Below are positions 42,156 through 51,495 of a stretch of 64,000 bases of DNA, piece by piece; within the stretch, counting starts at the first letter, position 1, and every line of letters begins with the position of its first letter. The DNA is from an uncultured delta proteobacterium (GTDB lineage: Bacteria; Desulfobacterota; Binatia; JACPRU01). The stretch spans positions 352,001 to 416,000 of the forward strand of contig CAVUWD010000011.1 in assembly GCA_963745025.1 (NCBI GenBank). The letters are read 5' to 3'. A model generated the notes under the pieces. That model saw only the letters and a list, made by a program, of their open reading frames with translations, had not been told where the DNA came from and ran no database searches. A program made the position numbers and the translations under genes.

Positions 42156-42178
42156 GGGTTCAAGTCCCCCTCCTCGCA
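42156..42178 (+). repeat. Right att core (tRNA-Leu 3'-like)
   Basis: Exact copy of 23019-23041. Confidence 0.85.
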
Positions 42179-42195
42179 CTTCGTAAGTAATTGAT

Positions 42196-42642
42196 TCAGT
42201 CCGGAATCCGGACGTTGGCGGATCCGACGGCCACGGTGTCGCCCTCGCTGTCGGAAGCATCCAGCTTGACGACGACGAAGCTCTGGCCGGGACCACGGGG
42301 ATGCAGCTCGATGACCGTGCCCTCGCAGCGCACCGTCCGGCCGACCTCGACGGGCTTGGTGAACTTGCTGTCCATCCGCTGGATCCAGGCGCCCTCGGAG
42401 TACCACTCCCGGGAGACGACCGAAGCCATGAGCGACATGGTGAACATGCCGTGGCCCACCGTCTTCTCGGTCCCGAAGACCTGGGCCCGCTGGCACCACT
42501 CGACGTCGGTGTGCACGGGGTTGTAGTCGAGCGACGCCACCGCATTGCGGTCGATCACCTCCTGGGTGACCTCCTGGATGACCGGCGGCAGCCGGAACCC
42601 GACCTCCAGGTCGGAGAAGTGCAGGTTTCCCATGGTCTTCAC
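42196..42642 (-). CDS. MaoC-family dehydratase subunit
   Basis: SLDYNPVHTD, HGMFTMS, FTKPV. Confidence 0.85.
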   Translation of the reverse strand: MKTMGNLHFSDLEVGFRLPPVIQEVTQEVIDRNAVASLDYNPVHTDVEWCQRAQVFGTEKTVGHGMFTMSLMASVVSREWYSEGAWIQRMDSKFTKPVEVGRTVRCEGTVIELHPRGPGQSFVVVKLDASDSEGDTVAVGSANVRIPD

Positions 42643-43205
42643 GCTCTGGCGAAGGCGAGGAGGTCCTCACGGGTGGGTGGCAGGATCAGCGTGCAGCGCC
42701 ACGAGCCCTTCTGCACGCCATCCTGATTGAAGAAATCGTGCTTGTACGTCAGGTAATGCTTGTCGCGCCGGATCCATTTGTCCCACGCGGTCTCGCGCAG
42801 CGAGATGACCTCCCCGACGCGGTAGCGCTCGAAGTTCTCCAGCGTCTGCCCCGGGTTACGAGCACCCGGTGAGCGGATCCAGTTCCCCGGTCCCGTCCCG
42901 ATGCAGTAGAAGCAGATGAGGACGGGGAACAGCGGATGGTCGAGCACCGTGCCGGTGGGCGAGTGCTTGCGGGCGTACTCCCGGTCGACGAACAACGGAT
43001 GCTGCTCGGCCACCCCGAGGTTGAAGGCGAGGAGGTCCTCCTCGGTGACCTCGAACGTGTTCTGGCCGTTGAAGGTCGCACCGATCTCGACCTCGTCCCA
43101 CACCTCGTAGTTCTCCGCACCGAGGCGGAAGTTCGTCTCGAAGCCGCGCTGCTTCGCCGTCGCGAAGTACTGCTGCAGTCGCTGCGCGGTGGATGTCGTC
43201 ATCAC
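42639..43205 (-). CDS. MaoC-like hot-dog fold partner subunit
   Basis: EQHPLFVDREYA, RYRVGEVIS, FNQDG; stop overlaps the downstream start. Confidence 0.72.
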   Translation of the reverse strand: MMTTSTAQRLQQYFATAKQRGFETNFRLGAENYEVWDEVEIGATFNGQNTFEVTEEDLLAFNLGVAEQHPLFVDREYARKHSPTGTVLDHPLFPVLICFYCIGTGPGNWIRSPGARNPGQTLENFERYRVGEVISLRETAWDKWIRRDKHYLTYKHDFFNQDGVQKGSWRCTLILPPTREDLLAFARA

Positions 43206-43466
43206 CGTCCCTTTCCGGGCCTCGCCGAAACACGCGCCGGAGTGCTCTCCCGGTATGCGCTCAGATGGCTAACCCATCGTCAAGCCTCGCGGCGACCAGG
43301 GCCCGCTAGGAGGTCGCCAGATGACGGCGATGGTCGTTCTTCGCAAGTCCGCAATCTTCGCCCTGTTATCTGCGAATCGCCGGGGAAGTACGCGAGCGCG
43401 AAAACCTAGCTTTGACGGCGACGCCTCGAGCGAAGTAGACGTCGGCAAGCGAAGGAGGGCTCCGCC

Positions 43467-43862
43467 ATGCAAGCTCGTCCCATCAATCCGCAAACGTGGC
43501 TTGGGGCGTTCAACGTCGACCAGGCGATCGAAGTGACCGGCGGCCAGCGCGTGCTGTACGTGTCCGGTCAGACCTCGAACGACGCAAGCGGTGCGCCGAT
43601 GTACCCATGGGATCTCGTCGCCTAGTTCGAACTGGCGTGGAAGAACCTCCTCGAGGTACTCGCCGTGGCAAGCATGGAGCCGAGGAACATCGTGCGGCTG
43701 AACTTCTACACGACCGACGTCGAAGCGTTCATGGCGAAGGCCGGCGAGATTGTGCCCGTCTTTGCGCAGGCCGGTTGCAGGCCGGTGTCGACGCTCCTCG
43801 GTGTGGCGCGCCTGTTCGAGCCGAGCATCATCATCGGGATCGAAGCGACCGCCGTCGCCTGA
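43467..43862 (+). pseudogene. RidA/YjgF-family protein with an in-frame TAG at 43623-43625
   Basis: MQARPINPQTW..VLYVSGQTS..DLVA*FELAWKNL..STLLGVARLF..IEATAVA; AGGAGG RBS. Confidence 0.78.
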
Positions 43863-43938
43863 AGCGGGCTTGCATTCCGCAGCTCGGGTTGCCGGCACTC
43901 ATGAGCGGTCGGCAGAAGCGCTTTAGGGAGGAAATGCG

Positions 43939-45165
43939 ATGGATAGCACCGAGAAGCTCACGCCGATGCTCGCGGACGTCCGCGTGCTCGACTTCAGCCA
44001 GTATCTCGCCGGTCCCGCCGTCACCCGCATGATGGCCGAGATGGGCGCCTACATCATCAAGGTCGAACAAGCGCCGATGGGCGATCCTTCTCGCGTCCTG
44101 CCTTTCGTCAAAGACGGCCGCAGCGGCTACTTCGTACAGCAGAACCGTGGCAAGAAGAGCCTCTGTCTCGACTTCGACAGGTCCGAGTCGATGGAACTCT
44201 TGCACTCGCTCGTCCGCACGGTCGACGTGGTGGTCGAAAACTATGGCCCGGGCGTAACCGAGAAGTTGGGCTTCGACTACGGATCGCTGACCAGGCTCAA
44301 TCCTCGAATCATAATGGTTTCGGTTTCCGCGTTCGGCCGTCGCGGCACCCTCTCCCACAAGGTCGGCTACGATTACATCGCCCAGGCCTTCTCGGGCCTG
44401 ATGCACATCACCGGCAGCCCCGACGGCCCTCCTCAGTGCGTCGGATTGCCGATCGCGGATCAGACCAGCGCGGTCCATGCCTTCGCCGCACTGGGCTACG
44501 CTTTGTATTATCGGGGAAAAACCGGGATCGGACAGCACATCGACATCTCGATGGTCGACTCGCTCTACCATCTGAACGACATGAACGTTCAGGTACACGC
44601 CTTGAGCGGCGGCAAATTCATTCCAGGCCGAATGGGGTCTCATCATGCGCTGGTCGCTCCCTTCGGCGTCTTCAAGGGGCCGCGAGGTTGGATCGTAATT
44701 TGCGCCTTGGATCGGCAGTGGGCGAACATGGTGCGAGCGATGGGACGGCCGGGGCTTGGTAGCGACCCGCGCTTCGTCACCGGCGCGGACCGGGCGAAGA
44801 ATCAGAAAGAGCTGGTCCCGATCATCGAGGCCTGGCTGCAATCATTTCAGACCGACGAGGCGGTGTTACGCGTGCTCGAGGAGAATCGCGTTCCATCGGC
44901 CCCGGTCCTCACGATCGTCGATACCCTCACCCATCCGTACTTCAAGGCGCGCGAGATGGTCCGCACGGTTCCCGATCCGCTTCTGGGCGAAGTGACGATT
45001 CCCGGTTCCCCATTCAAATTCTCGGCATTCCCGGAGCTTCCCGACATCCGAGCGCCGCTTCTGGGTGAGCATAGCGGAGAAGTATTGACGGAGGTGCTCG
45101 GCTACAGCGAAGCGCGGGTCGCGGAGCTACGGGCGAAGGGCGTTCTGTTCGCGGAGAATCGCTAG
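43939..45165 (+). CDS. CaiB/BaiF family III CoA transferase
   Basis: VLDFSQYLAGP, NRGKKS, VENY, GYD..AQAFSG, APLLGEHS. Confidence 0.93.
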   Translation: MDSTEKLTPMLADVRVLDFSQYLAGPAVTRMMAEMGAYIIKVEQAPMGDPSRVLPFVKDGRSGYFVQQNRGKKSLCLDFDRSESMELLHSLVRTVDVVVENYGPGVTEKLGFDYGSLTRLNPRIIMVSVSAFGRRGTLSHKVGYDYIAQAFSGLMHITGSPDGPPQCVGLPIADQTSAVHAFAALGYALYYRGKTGIGQHIDISMVDSLYHLNDMNVQVHALSGGKFIPGRMGSHHALVAPFGVFKGPRGWIVICALDRQWANMVRAMGRPGLGSDPRFVTGADRAKNQKELVPIIEAWLQSFQTDEAVLRVLEENRVPSAPVLTIVDTLTHPYFKAREMVRTVPDPLLGEVTIPGSPFKFSAFPELPDIRAPLLGEHSGEVLTEVLGYSEARVAELRAKGVLFAENR

Positions 45166-45428
45166 ATACTCGCCCCGATCAGCCGCGGCCGGCATTGACG
45201 ACCTGACCGAGCGCCGAGAACCATTCAACCGACGGAAAGAGCATCGAGATCCTCCTTGTGTGTTGGGTGCTGATTGCCAAGACCGTGGACGTCTCGGAGG
45301 CAACGGTACGGCGGATCCTGCGGTCGAGGCCGAGGAGCCTCTCGGCGATGGGCGACCTTGTGTGCGCACCTGTTGCTTGAACCCAGGGAGCGGATCTATG
45401 GGTGCTTGCGGTCCCCGAGGAACCATCC

Positions 45429-48400
45429 ATGCAGTGTACGGCCTGCGGCTTCGAGAATGTCGCCGACGCGAGCTTCTGTGGCGAATGCGCTGCGCCGCTA
45501 ACCAGTACGGTAAGCTGCCCTAGCTGCGGGCGGGCGAACCCGCCGAAGCAGAAGTTTTGTAACGGCTGTGGCCAGCCCCTGATTCGATCCGCTGACCGAG
45601 CCGCTTCGGTAGACCCGCACGCTTACACGCCGAAGCATCTCGCCGAGAAGATCCTCACGTCGCGAAGCGCGCTCGAGGGCGAGCGCAAACAGGTGACCGT
45701 ACTCTTCGCCGACGTGAAGGGGTCGATGGACCTCGCCGAGCAGGTCGACCCGGAAGAGTGGCACAAGATCATGGATCGCTTCTTCGTGATCCTCGCCGAG
45801 GGCGTGCACCGCTTCGAAGGGACGATCAACCAATTCACCGGCGACGGCATCATGGCCCTGTTCGGCGCACCAATTGCCCACGAGGACCATGCGCGGCGCG
45901 CCTGTTACGCCGCGCTCGATCTCTCGGGGGCGCTCCGCCGCTACGGCGAGGAGCTGAAGCGGACGCGCGGCCTCAGCTTCTCCGTGCGAATGGGACTGAA
46001 TTCCGGCGACGTCGTGGTGGGCAGGATCGGCGACGACCTGCGCATGGATTACACCGCGCAAGGTCACACGGTCGGCCTCGCCGCGCGCATGGAGCAGCTC
46101 GCCGGGCCCGACCGAATCTACCTGACCGAGCACACCGCTGCCCTGGTCTCCGGCTTCTTCCGGCTCCGCGACCTCGGAGGGTTCGAGCTGAAGGGGGTCC
46201 GTGAGGCGGTTCCGATCCACGAGCTCGAAGGGGTCGGACCGATCCGCACTCGTCTCGAAGCCTCGCGGGCGCGCGGCTTCTCGCGTTTCGTCGGCCGCGA
46301 CGAGGAAATGCAAGCGCTCGAGGCCGCACTCGGCCGCGCCCTCGAGGGCCAGGGCCAGCTGATCGGAATCGTGGGAGATGCGGGCGTCGGCAAGAGCCGG
46401 CTCTGCTACGAGTTCGCCGAGCGCTGCCGGGCGCGCAGTATCCGCTTCATCGCGGGACACGCGCCGCCGCACGGGAAGATGATCCCGTTGCTGCCGTGGA
46501 TCGATCTCTACCGGAACTACTTCGGGATCACCGAGGAGGACGGCGACGAGACGGCGCGCGACAAAATCGCGGGCCGGACACTGCGCCTCGACGAGAGCCT
46601 CGCTGAATCGCTGCCCGTCATGTTCGACTTTCTCGGTGTTCCCGACCCGGCTAGGCCTTCGCTGCCCATGGATCCCGAGGCCCGGCAACGTCAGCTCTTG
46701 GACCTCACTCAACGCCTGGTCCGCGCGCGGAGCCGGCGCGAGCGCACGGTCCACCTGTTCGAGGACCTTCACTGGATGGACGGCGCGAGCGAAGCATTTC
46801 TCGCGGCGATGATCGACGTGCTCGCCACGACGCGGACGCTCCTCGTCGTCACCTTCAGGCCGGAGTATCGCGCGCCGTGGATGCAGAGATCCTACTACCA
46901 GCGCCTCTCTCTCCTTCCGCTCGGCGCCGCGGAGCTCGCCGAACTGCTGGACGGCGTCCTCGGCCGCGATCCCTCGCTCAGCGGCCTCGCCGAACGGATC
47001 CGTGAGCGAACCGCCGGGAACCCGTTCTTCACCGAGGAGGTCGTGCAGTCACTGGTCGAGGCCGGCGTTCTCGTGGGTACACGGGGAGCGTATCAGCTGG
47101 TCAAGCCCGTCGAGCGGCTCGACATCCCGGCGAGCATCCATTCGATCCTCGCCGCGCGCATCGACCGTCTCGGCGAACGGGAGAAGACGGTCCTCCAGAT
47201 CGCCGCCGTGATCGGCAAGAATTTCTCCGAGCCCGTTCTTGCGCGCGTTGCAGACGTGCCCGAGGAGGAGCTCCGGGCGGCACTCCAGGAGCTCGTCGCG
47301 GCCGAGCTCGTCTACCAGGAGAGCCTCTATCCGGTCGGCGAGTACGCATTCAAACATCCGCTGACGCAAGAGGTCGCCTACCGCTCCCAGCTCGCCGAGC
47401 GGCGCGCTCGGGTCCACGACCGAGTCGCGCATGCGATCGCCGAGGCGCACGGCGACAAGCTCGACGAGCGCGCGGCGCTCCTCGCGCATCACTTCGAGGC
47501 CGCGGGCGAGAGACTGGAAGCGGCGAGATGGAACCGCCGCGCCGCCCGCTGGCTGAGATCCAGCAACCTCGCCGAGGCGTTCGCTCACTGGCGAAGAGTG
47601 GTGACCCTGCTCGAGGGCCTACCCGAATCGACCGAGACGGTTCCCCTCGCTCTTGAAGCGCGGGCCGCGGTTCTATCCCACGGCTGGCTTCTTGGCATCT
47701 CCCCGGACGAAGCCGACTCGTTCTTCGCCGAGAGCCGAGCGCTGGCTGCTCGCGCAGGCGACCTGCGGTCGGTAGCGATCCTCACGGCTCACTACGCGGG
47801 AATCAAGGCGGCACACCGAGAGATCGACGAATGCGTCCGCCTGAGCTGGGAAGCGGTGCGCATCGCGGACGAGACGGTCGACGCGGCGCTGCGCGCAGCG
47901 GTGCGGCCGCCCCTCGTGCGATCGCATCTTCTAGCGGGACGTCTGCGGGAGGCGCTGGCGCTCTCCGAGCAGGCGCTCTCCGCGATGCCAGCGGATCCCG
48001 GATTCGGGACGCTTCTCGGCTACAGTCCCTACCTCCATCTAGAGCAGCTCCGGGCAAACCTCCTGGCCTTCGCCGGACGCTGGCCTGAGGCTGCGAGCGG
48101 CTTCGAGCGGATGATCGCCGTCGCCCGCGAACACGGACATTCGACTCTGGCGGCCTCGGCGTCGAGCGACTGCGCCTGGTGGGCGGCCATCCTCGGCGAC
48201 ACGCCGACGGCGCTCATGCACGCCCGCCGCGGGCTCGAAACCGCGGAAAGGCTCGGCAGCCAGATGGCGCGTGTGTACGCGTACAACGCGCTCGGGGTCG
48301 CCGAGCTCTCCGCGGAGCGGTGGAGCGAGGCAGTGGCTGCGCTCGAGCATGCGCTTCGGATCGCGCACGAGATGCGAACCGGCGAGGAAGTAGGGGTGCT

Positions 48401-48800
48401 GACGCTCGCGCACCTGGCGGAAGCGCAGCTCGGTCGGGGCGAACCCGCCCGCGGCCGGGAGCTTGCGGAGAAGGCCGTGGCCGAGGCGTGCCGGCAGCGC
48501 ATGCTCGCGTCGGAATGCTTTGCGAGGCTCGTCCATGCCCGCGTTCTGCTCTCCAGTGCAGGGCAAGCAGCGCGCGTCGCGGCCGCGCTCGATCGAGCGC
48601 TCGCTCTCGTCGAGGAGACGGGCGCCAGGTGCTACGAGCCGTTCATCCGAGTCGAGCGGGCGAAGCTCGCGGAGCTCCTGCAGGACCATGCCGCCCGCAA
48701 GAGCGAGCTCCGCGAGGCGCACCGGCTCTTCACGGCGATGGGCGCGCCGACTTGCGCAACGCAGGCGGCCAAGGAGCTGGACCTACCTGCGCCTTCGTGA
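45429..48800 (+). CDS. Double zinc ribbon plus class III adenylate/guanylate cyclase plus AAA ATPase plus TPR-like repeats
   Basis: CTACG..FCGECA..CPSCG..FCNGCG, TVLFADVKGS, FTGDGIMALFGAP, GDAGVGKSRL, EDLHWMD, GNPFF. Confidence 0.92.
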   Translation: MQCTACGFENVADASFCGECAAPLTSTVSCPSCGRANPPKQKFCNGCGQPLIRSADRAASVDPHAYTPKHLAEKILTSRSALEGERKQVTVLFADVKGSMDLAEQVDPEEWHKIMDRFFVILAEGVHRFEGTINQFTGDGIMALFGAPIAHEDHARRACYAALDLSGALRRYGEELKRTRGLSFSVRMGLNSGDVVVGRIGDDLRMDYTAQGHTVGLAARMEQLAGPDRIYLTEHTAALVSGFFRLRDLGGFELKGVREAVPIHELEGVGPIRTRLEASRARGFSRFVGRDEEMQALEAALGRALEGQGQLIGIVGDAGVGKSRLCYEFAERCRARSIRFIAGHAPPHGKMIPLLPWIDLYRNYFGITEEDGDETARDKIAGRTLRLDESLAESLPVMFDFLGVPDPARPSLPMDPEARQRQLLDLTQRLVRARSRRERTVHLFEDLHWMDGASEAFLAAMIDVLATTRTLLVVTFRPEYRAPWMQRSYYQRLSLLPLGAAELAELLDGVLGRDPSLSGLAERIRERTAGNPFFTEEVVQSLVEAGVLVGTRGAYQLVKPVERLDIPASIHSILAARIDRLGEREKTVLQIAAVIGKNFSEPVLARVADVPEEELRAALQELVAAELVYQESLYPVGEYAFKHPLTQEVAYRSQLAERRARVHDRVAHAIAEAHGDKLDERAALLAHHFEAAGERLEAARWNRRAARWLRSSNLAEAFAHWRRVVTLLEGLPESTETVPLALEARAAVLSHGWLLGISPDEADSFFAESRALAARAGDLRSVAILTAHYAGIKAAHREIDECVRLSWEAVRIADETVDAALRAAVRPPLVRSHLLAGRLREALALSEQALSAMPADPGFGTLLGYSPYLHLEQLRANLLAFAGRWPEAASGFERMIAVAREHGHSTLAASASSDCAWWAAILGDTPTALMHARRGLETAERLGSQMARVYAYNALGVAELSAERWSEAVAALEHALRIAHEMRTGEEVGVLTLAHLAEAQLGRGEPARGRELAEKAVAEACRQRMLASECFARLVHARVLLSSAGQAARVAAALDRALALVEETGARCYEPFIRVERAKLAELLQDHAARKSELREAHRLFTAMGAPTCATQAAKELDLPAPS

Positions 48801-48924
48801 CGTGCGTCAAAACTGGAAGTTCTAGTGAACGCTCGAACGGGCGCACTCTGGCAGTCCGACATAGGCTTCACACGGAAACGGCGGCGGTCGCGTTCGTCGC
48901 CGAGCTCGATGAGGATTCGGTAAG

Positions 48925-49398
48925 GTGCCCAAGGGGGGTCAGTACTTTCGCGCGAACGTAGGCGCGGTAATCTACGCGGGAGGTTGCGTGTTAGCGCTCG
49001 AGCGATCCGACGTTCCGGATGCTTGGCAAATGCCCCAAGGGGGACTCAAGCCGGGTGAGGAGCCGGTGCAGGCTGCCCTTCGCGAGATCGAGGAAGAAAC
49101 CGGGCTTCCTCGGGCAAGCCTCGAGCCGATCCGATCTTTCCCGGAGCTACTGGCCTACGAGCTTCCACCGAAACTTCGCAGCAAAAAGACAGGGCGAGGA
49201 CAAGTGCAGTACTGGTTCTTCTTTCGCCTCAACAAAGGTGCAGCCGAACCTCATCTGCCGCGCGGCGGCGAGTTCCGCGACTGGAAGTGGATGGAGTTCC
49301 CCGATCTCGTCAAGCGGACGGTCGACTTTCGCCGACCGCTGTATGTCCGCCTTGCTGAATATTTCGAGCGTGAGATCCGGGAGCGAGTGAGCGAGTGA
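48925..49398 (+). CDS. RppH-like Nudix hydrolase
   Basis: FRANVG, WQMPQGG..GE....AALREIEEETG, GQVQYWF. Confidence 0.85.
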   Translation: MPKGGQYFRANVGAVIYAGGCVLALERSDVPDAWQMPQGGLKPGEEPVQAALREIEEETGLPRASLEPIRSFPELLAYELPPKLRSKKTGRGQVQYWFFFRLNKGAAEPHLPRGGEFRDWKWMEFPDLVKRTVDFRRPLYVRLAEYFEREIRERVSE

Positions 49399-49512
49399 TC
49401 ATCGATCCCAGGGTCGGCCAGCGGCACTCGGCCGGAGCAGGGTATTGGAATTGCGAGCGATCACGAGGCATCTCGGTTAGTGGAGCTACAAGAACGATGG
49501 GAGGAACGTGAA

Positions 49513-49806
49513 ATGGCGAAGGGGTACTGGGTGGTGATATACCACGCGATCAAGAATCCCGAGGCGCTCGCTGCGTACGCGAAGGTCGCGGCACCGGCGG
49601 TGCAGGCGGCGGGCGGACGGTTCATCGTGCGCGGCACGGCGGCGAAGGCGTGCGAGGGGGGCAAGGAGCTGCGCACGGTGGTGGTCGAGTTCGACAGTCT
49701 TGAGAAGGCGATAGCGGCGCACGACGGTGCAGGCTACCAGGCGGCGCTCAAGCTGCTGGGCGACGGGGCGGCGCGCGATTTCCGCATCGTCGAGGGCGCG
49801 GCTTAG
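49513..49806 (+). CDS. DUF1330 protein
   Basis: MAKGYWV, GGRFIVRG, RTVVVEFDS, RDFRIVEG. Confidence 0.88.
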   Translation: MAKGYWVVIYHAIKNPEALAAYAKVAAPAVQAAGGRFIVRGTAAKACEGGKELRTVVVEFDSLEKAIAAHDGAGYQAALKLLGDGAARDFRIVEGAA

Positions 49807-50235
49807 ACCGGGGCGGCGGGCCGGTATCGGGTCACGGCTTTCCCGGGCGGAGATCCTCGCAGCGGTCTTCGGGGTCGCGGCCTTGACCTCGAGCGACGTG
49901 CGCTCGCCGAGCTCAGCGTCTTCGAGCAAGCCGCGCGCGACGGTGCGGTTGCCGTCCGAGCGGATTTCGACTACAAGCCGCGCGACTACCGGCGGCTCGT
50001 CGGCCGAGGCGAGGTCCGTGACGTGCTCGGCACGAGGAGCGAGCTGCTGCGTCGGAGGCACTTCTCCAGGTCGTGCCGCACGTCGGGGCAAATGCAACGC
50101 CGTGTTCGCGAGCCTCGTGAGCGGCACCCACAGTGAGCGGCACCCACACTTGACGGGGTATGAAAAATATCGCCAGAGGTGCGACCTCCCAGGTTGCCGC
50201 TTGGAGACGTGCCGTCGGGCGGGTATAAGCGCTCC

Positions 50236-50622
50236 ATGGAGCTTTCGTCGGAGCTTTCGTCGCTTTCCGATCTTCGCGGGGACGAGCGGCTCGCGCTGGT
50301 CGCTCTGCTGAAGGTCGCGGTCGTCGCCGACGGCAGCGTCTCGGACGAAGAAGTTGAGGAGATTGGTGACGTCGTCGAAGCTTTCGGGGAGCGCGAGTAC
50401 CGAGAACTCGTCGACGAGGTATCGCGGCGCTTCCAGAGCCAGGACGACCTGAAGACCTTCCTCGAGACAATCGAGCGACCCGAGGCACGCGAGCTGATCT
50501 ACTGCTTTTTCCTCGAGGAGGCAGCCCCCGAAGCGCTTCGGGGTCGCGAGTCGGAGCTGGTCGCTTGGCTCGCAGACGCATGGAAGATCGAGGTCGAGAT
50601 CGACGACGGCGAGGCGCGCTAA
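50236..50622 (+). CDS. TerB-like helical protein
   Basis: VVADGSVSDEE motif, acidic helical composition. Confidence 0.55.
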   Translation: MELSSELSSLSDLRGDERLALVALLKVAVVADGSVSDEEVEEIGDVVEAFGEREYRELVDEVSRRFQSQDDLKTFLETIERPEARELIYCFFLEEAAPEALRGRESELVAWLADAWKIEVEIDDGEAR

Positions 50623-50764
50623 CGACCTTTTGTCCAGGGTTGTTTCGCGGGCCGGCGGACCGGGGGCTGCGGTCACCTGTCCATCAGCATTAGTCGGCGG
50701 AGCCGTGCGCTCCGCCGGCGCGTAAACTGACTGCGCTCGCTACATTTTGAGGCCGGTTCTAGTT

Positions 50765-51361
50765 CTAGTCCGTCAGACCAACAAATCCTGGCAGGCCACG
50801 CACCCGCTCAAGCCAACCTTCGATGGCGTCGTATCCCTTCAAACTGATATCTCCGTCACCACATTGCGAAAGCGCCGGGAATGCCGCAACATCCGCGACA
50901 GTTGGGTGATCCTGCGCAATCCACTGGCGGTTCTTAAGTCGATCATCATAGAGGTTCAGCGCGATGTCACTGCGTTGCCGCACCGTGTTCACATTCACAC
51001 ACAGTGACGGAAAATGTTTTGCCAGTCGCGCGTCGTAAGGCCCCAGTCGAAGTTCGTACGCGGCGGCCGCGAGCCAAGCATTCACGACAGCTTCCTGATC
51101 AGGATCACGAGGCATCCAGGAATCATTTCCGTACTTCCGGGCCAGCCATACCAGGATTGCTTGAGAATCGCGGAGCGCCAGCGAACCTTCCGTCAATACA
51201 GGGACTTCTCCGAAAGGGTTGAGCGCGAGGAATGACGTGGTCTTCTGCTCACCATTCAAAAGATCGATCGGCCTCCGCTGATATTCGACGCCGAGTAGCG
51301 AAAGTAGCAGCCTGACCTTATAGCAATTGAGCGACAGCGGCAGGTTGTATAAGGTAATCAT
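50765..51361 (-). CDS. Glutathione S-transferase
   Basis: SLNCYKVRL, LNPFGEVPVL, DSQAIL, TVADVA. Confidence 0.9.
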   Translation of the reverse strand: MITLYNLPLSLNCYKVRLLLSLLGVEYQRRPIDLLNGEQKTTSFLALNPFGEVPVLTEGSLALRDSQAILVWLARKYGNDSWMPRDPDQEAVVNAWLAAAAYELRLGPYDARLAKHFPSLCVNVNTVRQRSDIALNLYDDRLKNRQWIAQDHPTVADVAAFPALSQCGDGDISLKGYDAIEGWLERVRGLPGFVGLTD

Positions 51362-51495
51362 TTGCTTCCTGTTTTCGTGCGTGGCCCGACCTCGCCTCGC
51401 CAGTGTCCTCCGAGACCCACGAACGCCGTCTTCGAAGATCTCGCCGAGCCCCTTGCTCGAGAATCGGGTACAGGAACCGTCGGTCAGGACCTGCG

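Larger units (their letters stand above)
23019..42178. mobile_element. Integrative element/genomic island (~19.2 kb) bounded by 23-bp direct repeats
   Basis: Identical GGGTTCAAGTCCCCCTCCTCGCA at both ends, integrase plus excisionase-like gene at the left end, TA system and cargo inside. Confidence 0.8.

Noticed and set aside
49830-50040. Protein-like minus-strand segment DEPPVVARLVVEIRSDG..
   Set aside because: Possibly a gene remnant, but there is no clear start or stop and no family I can name with confidence
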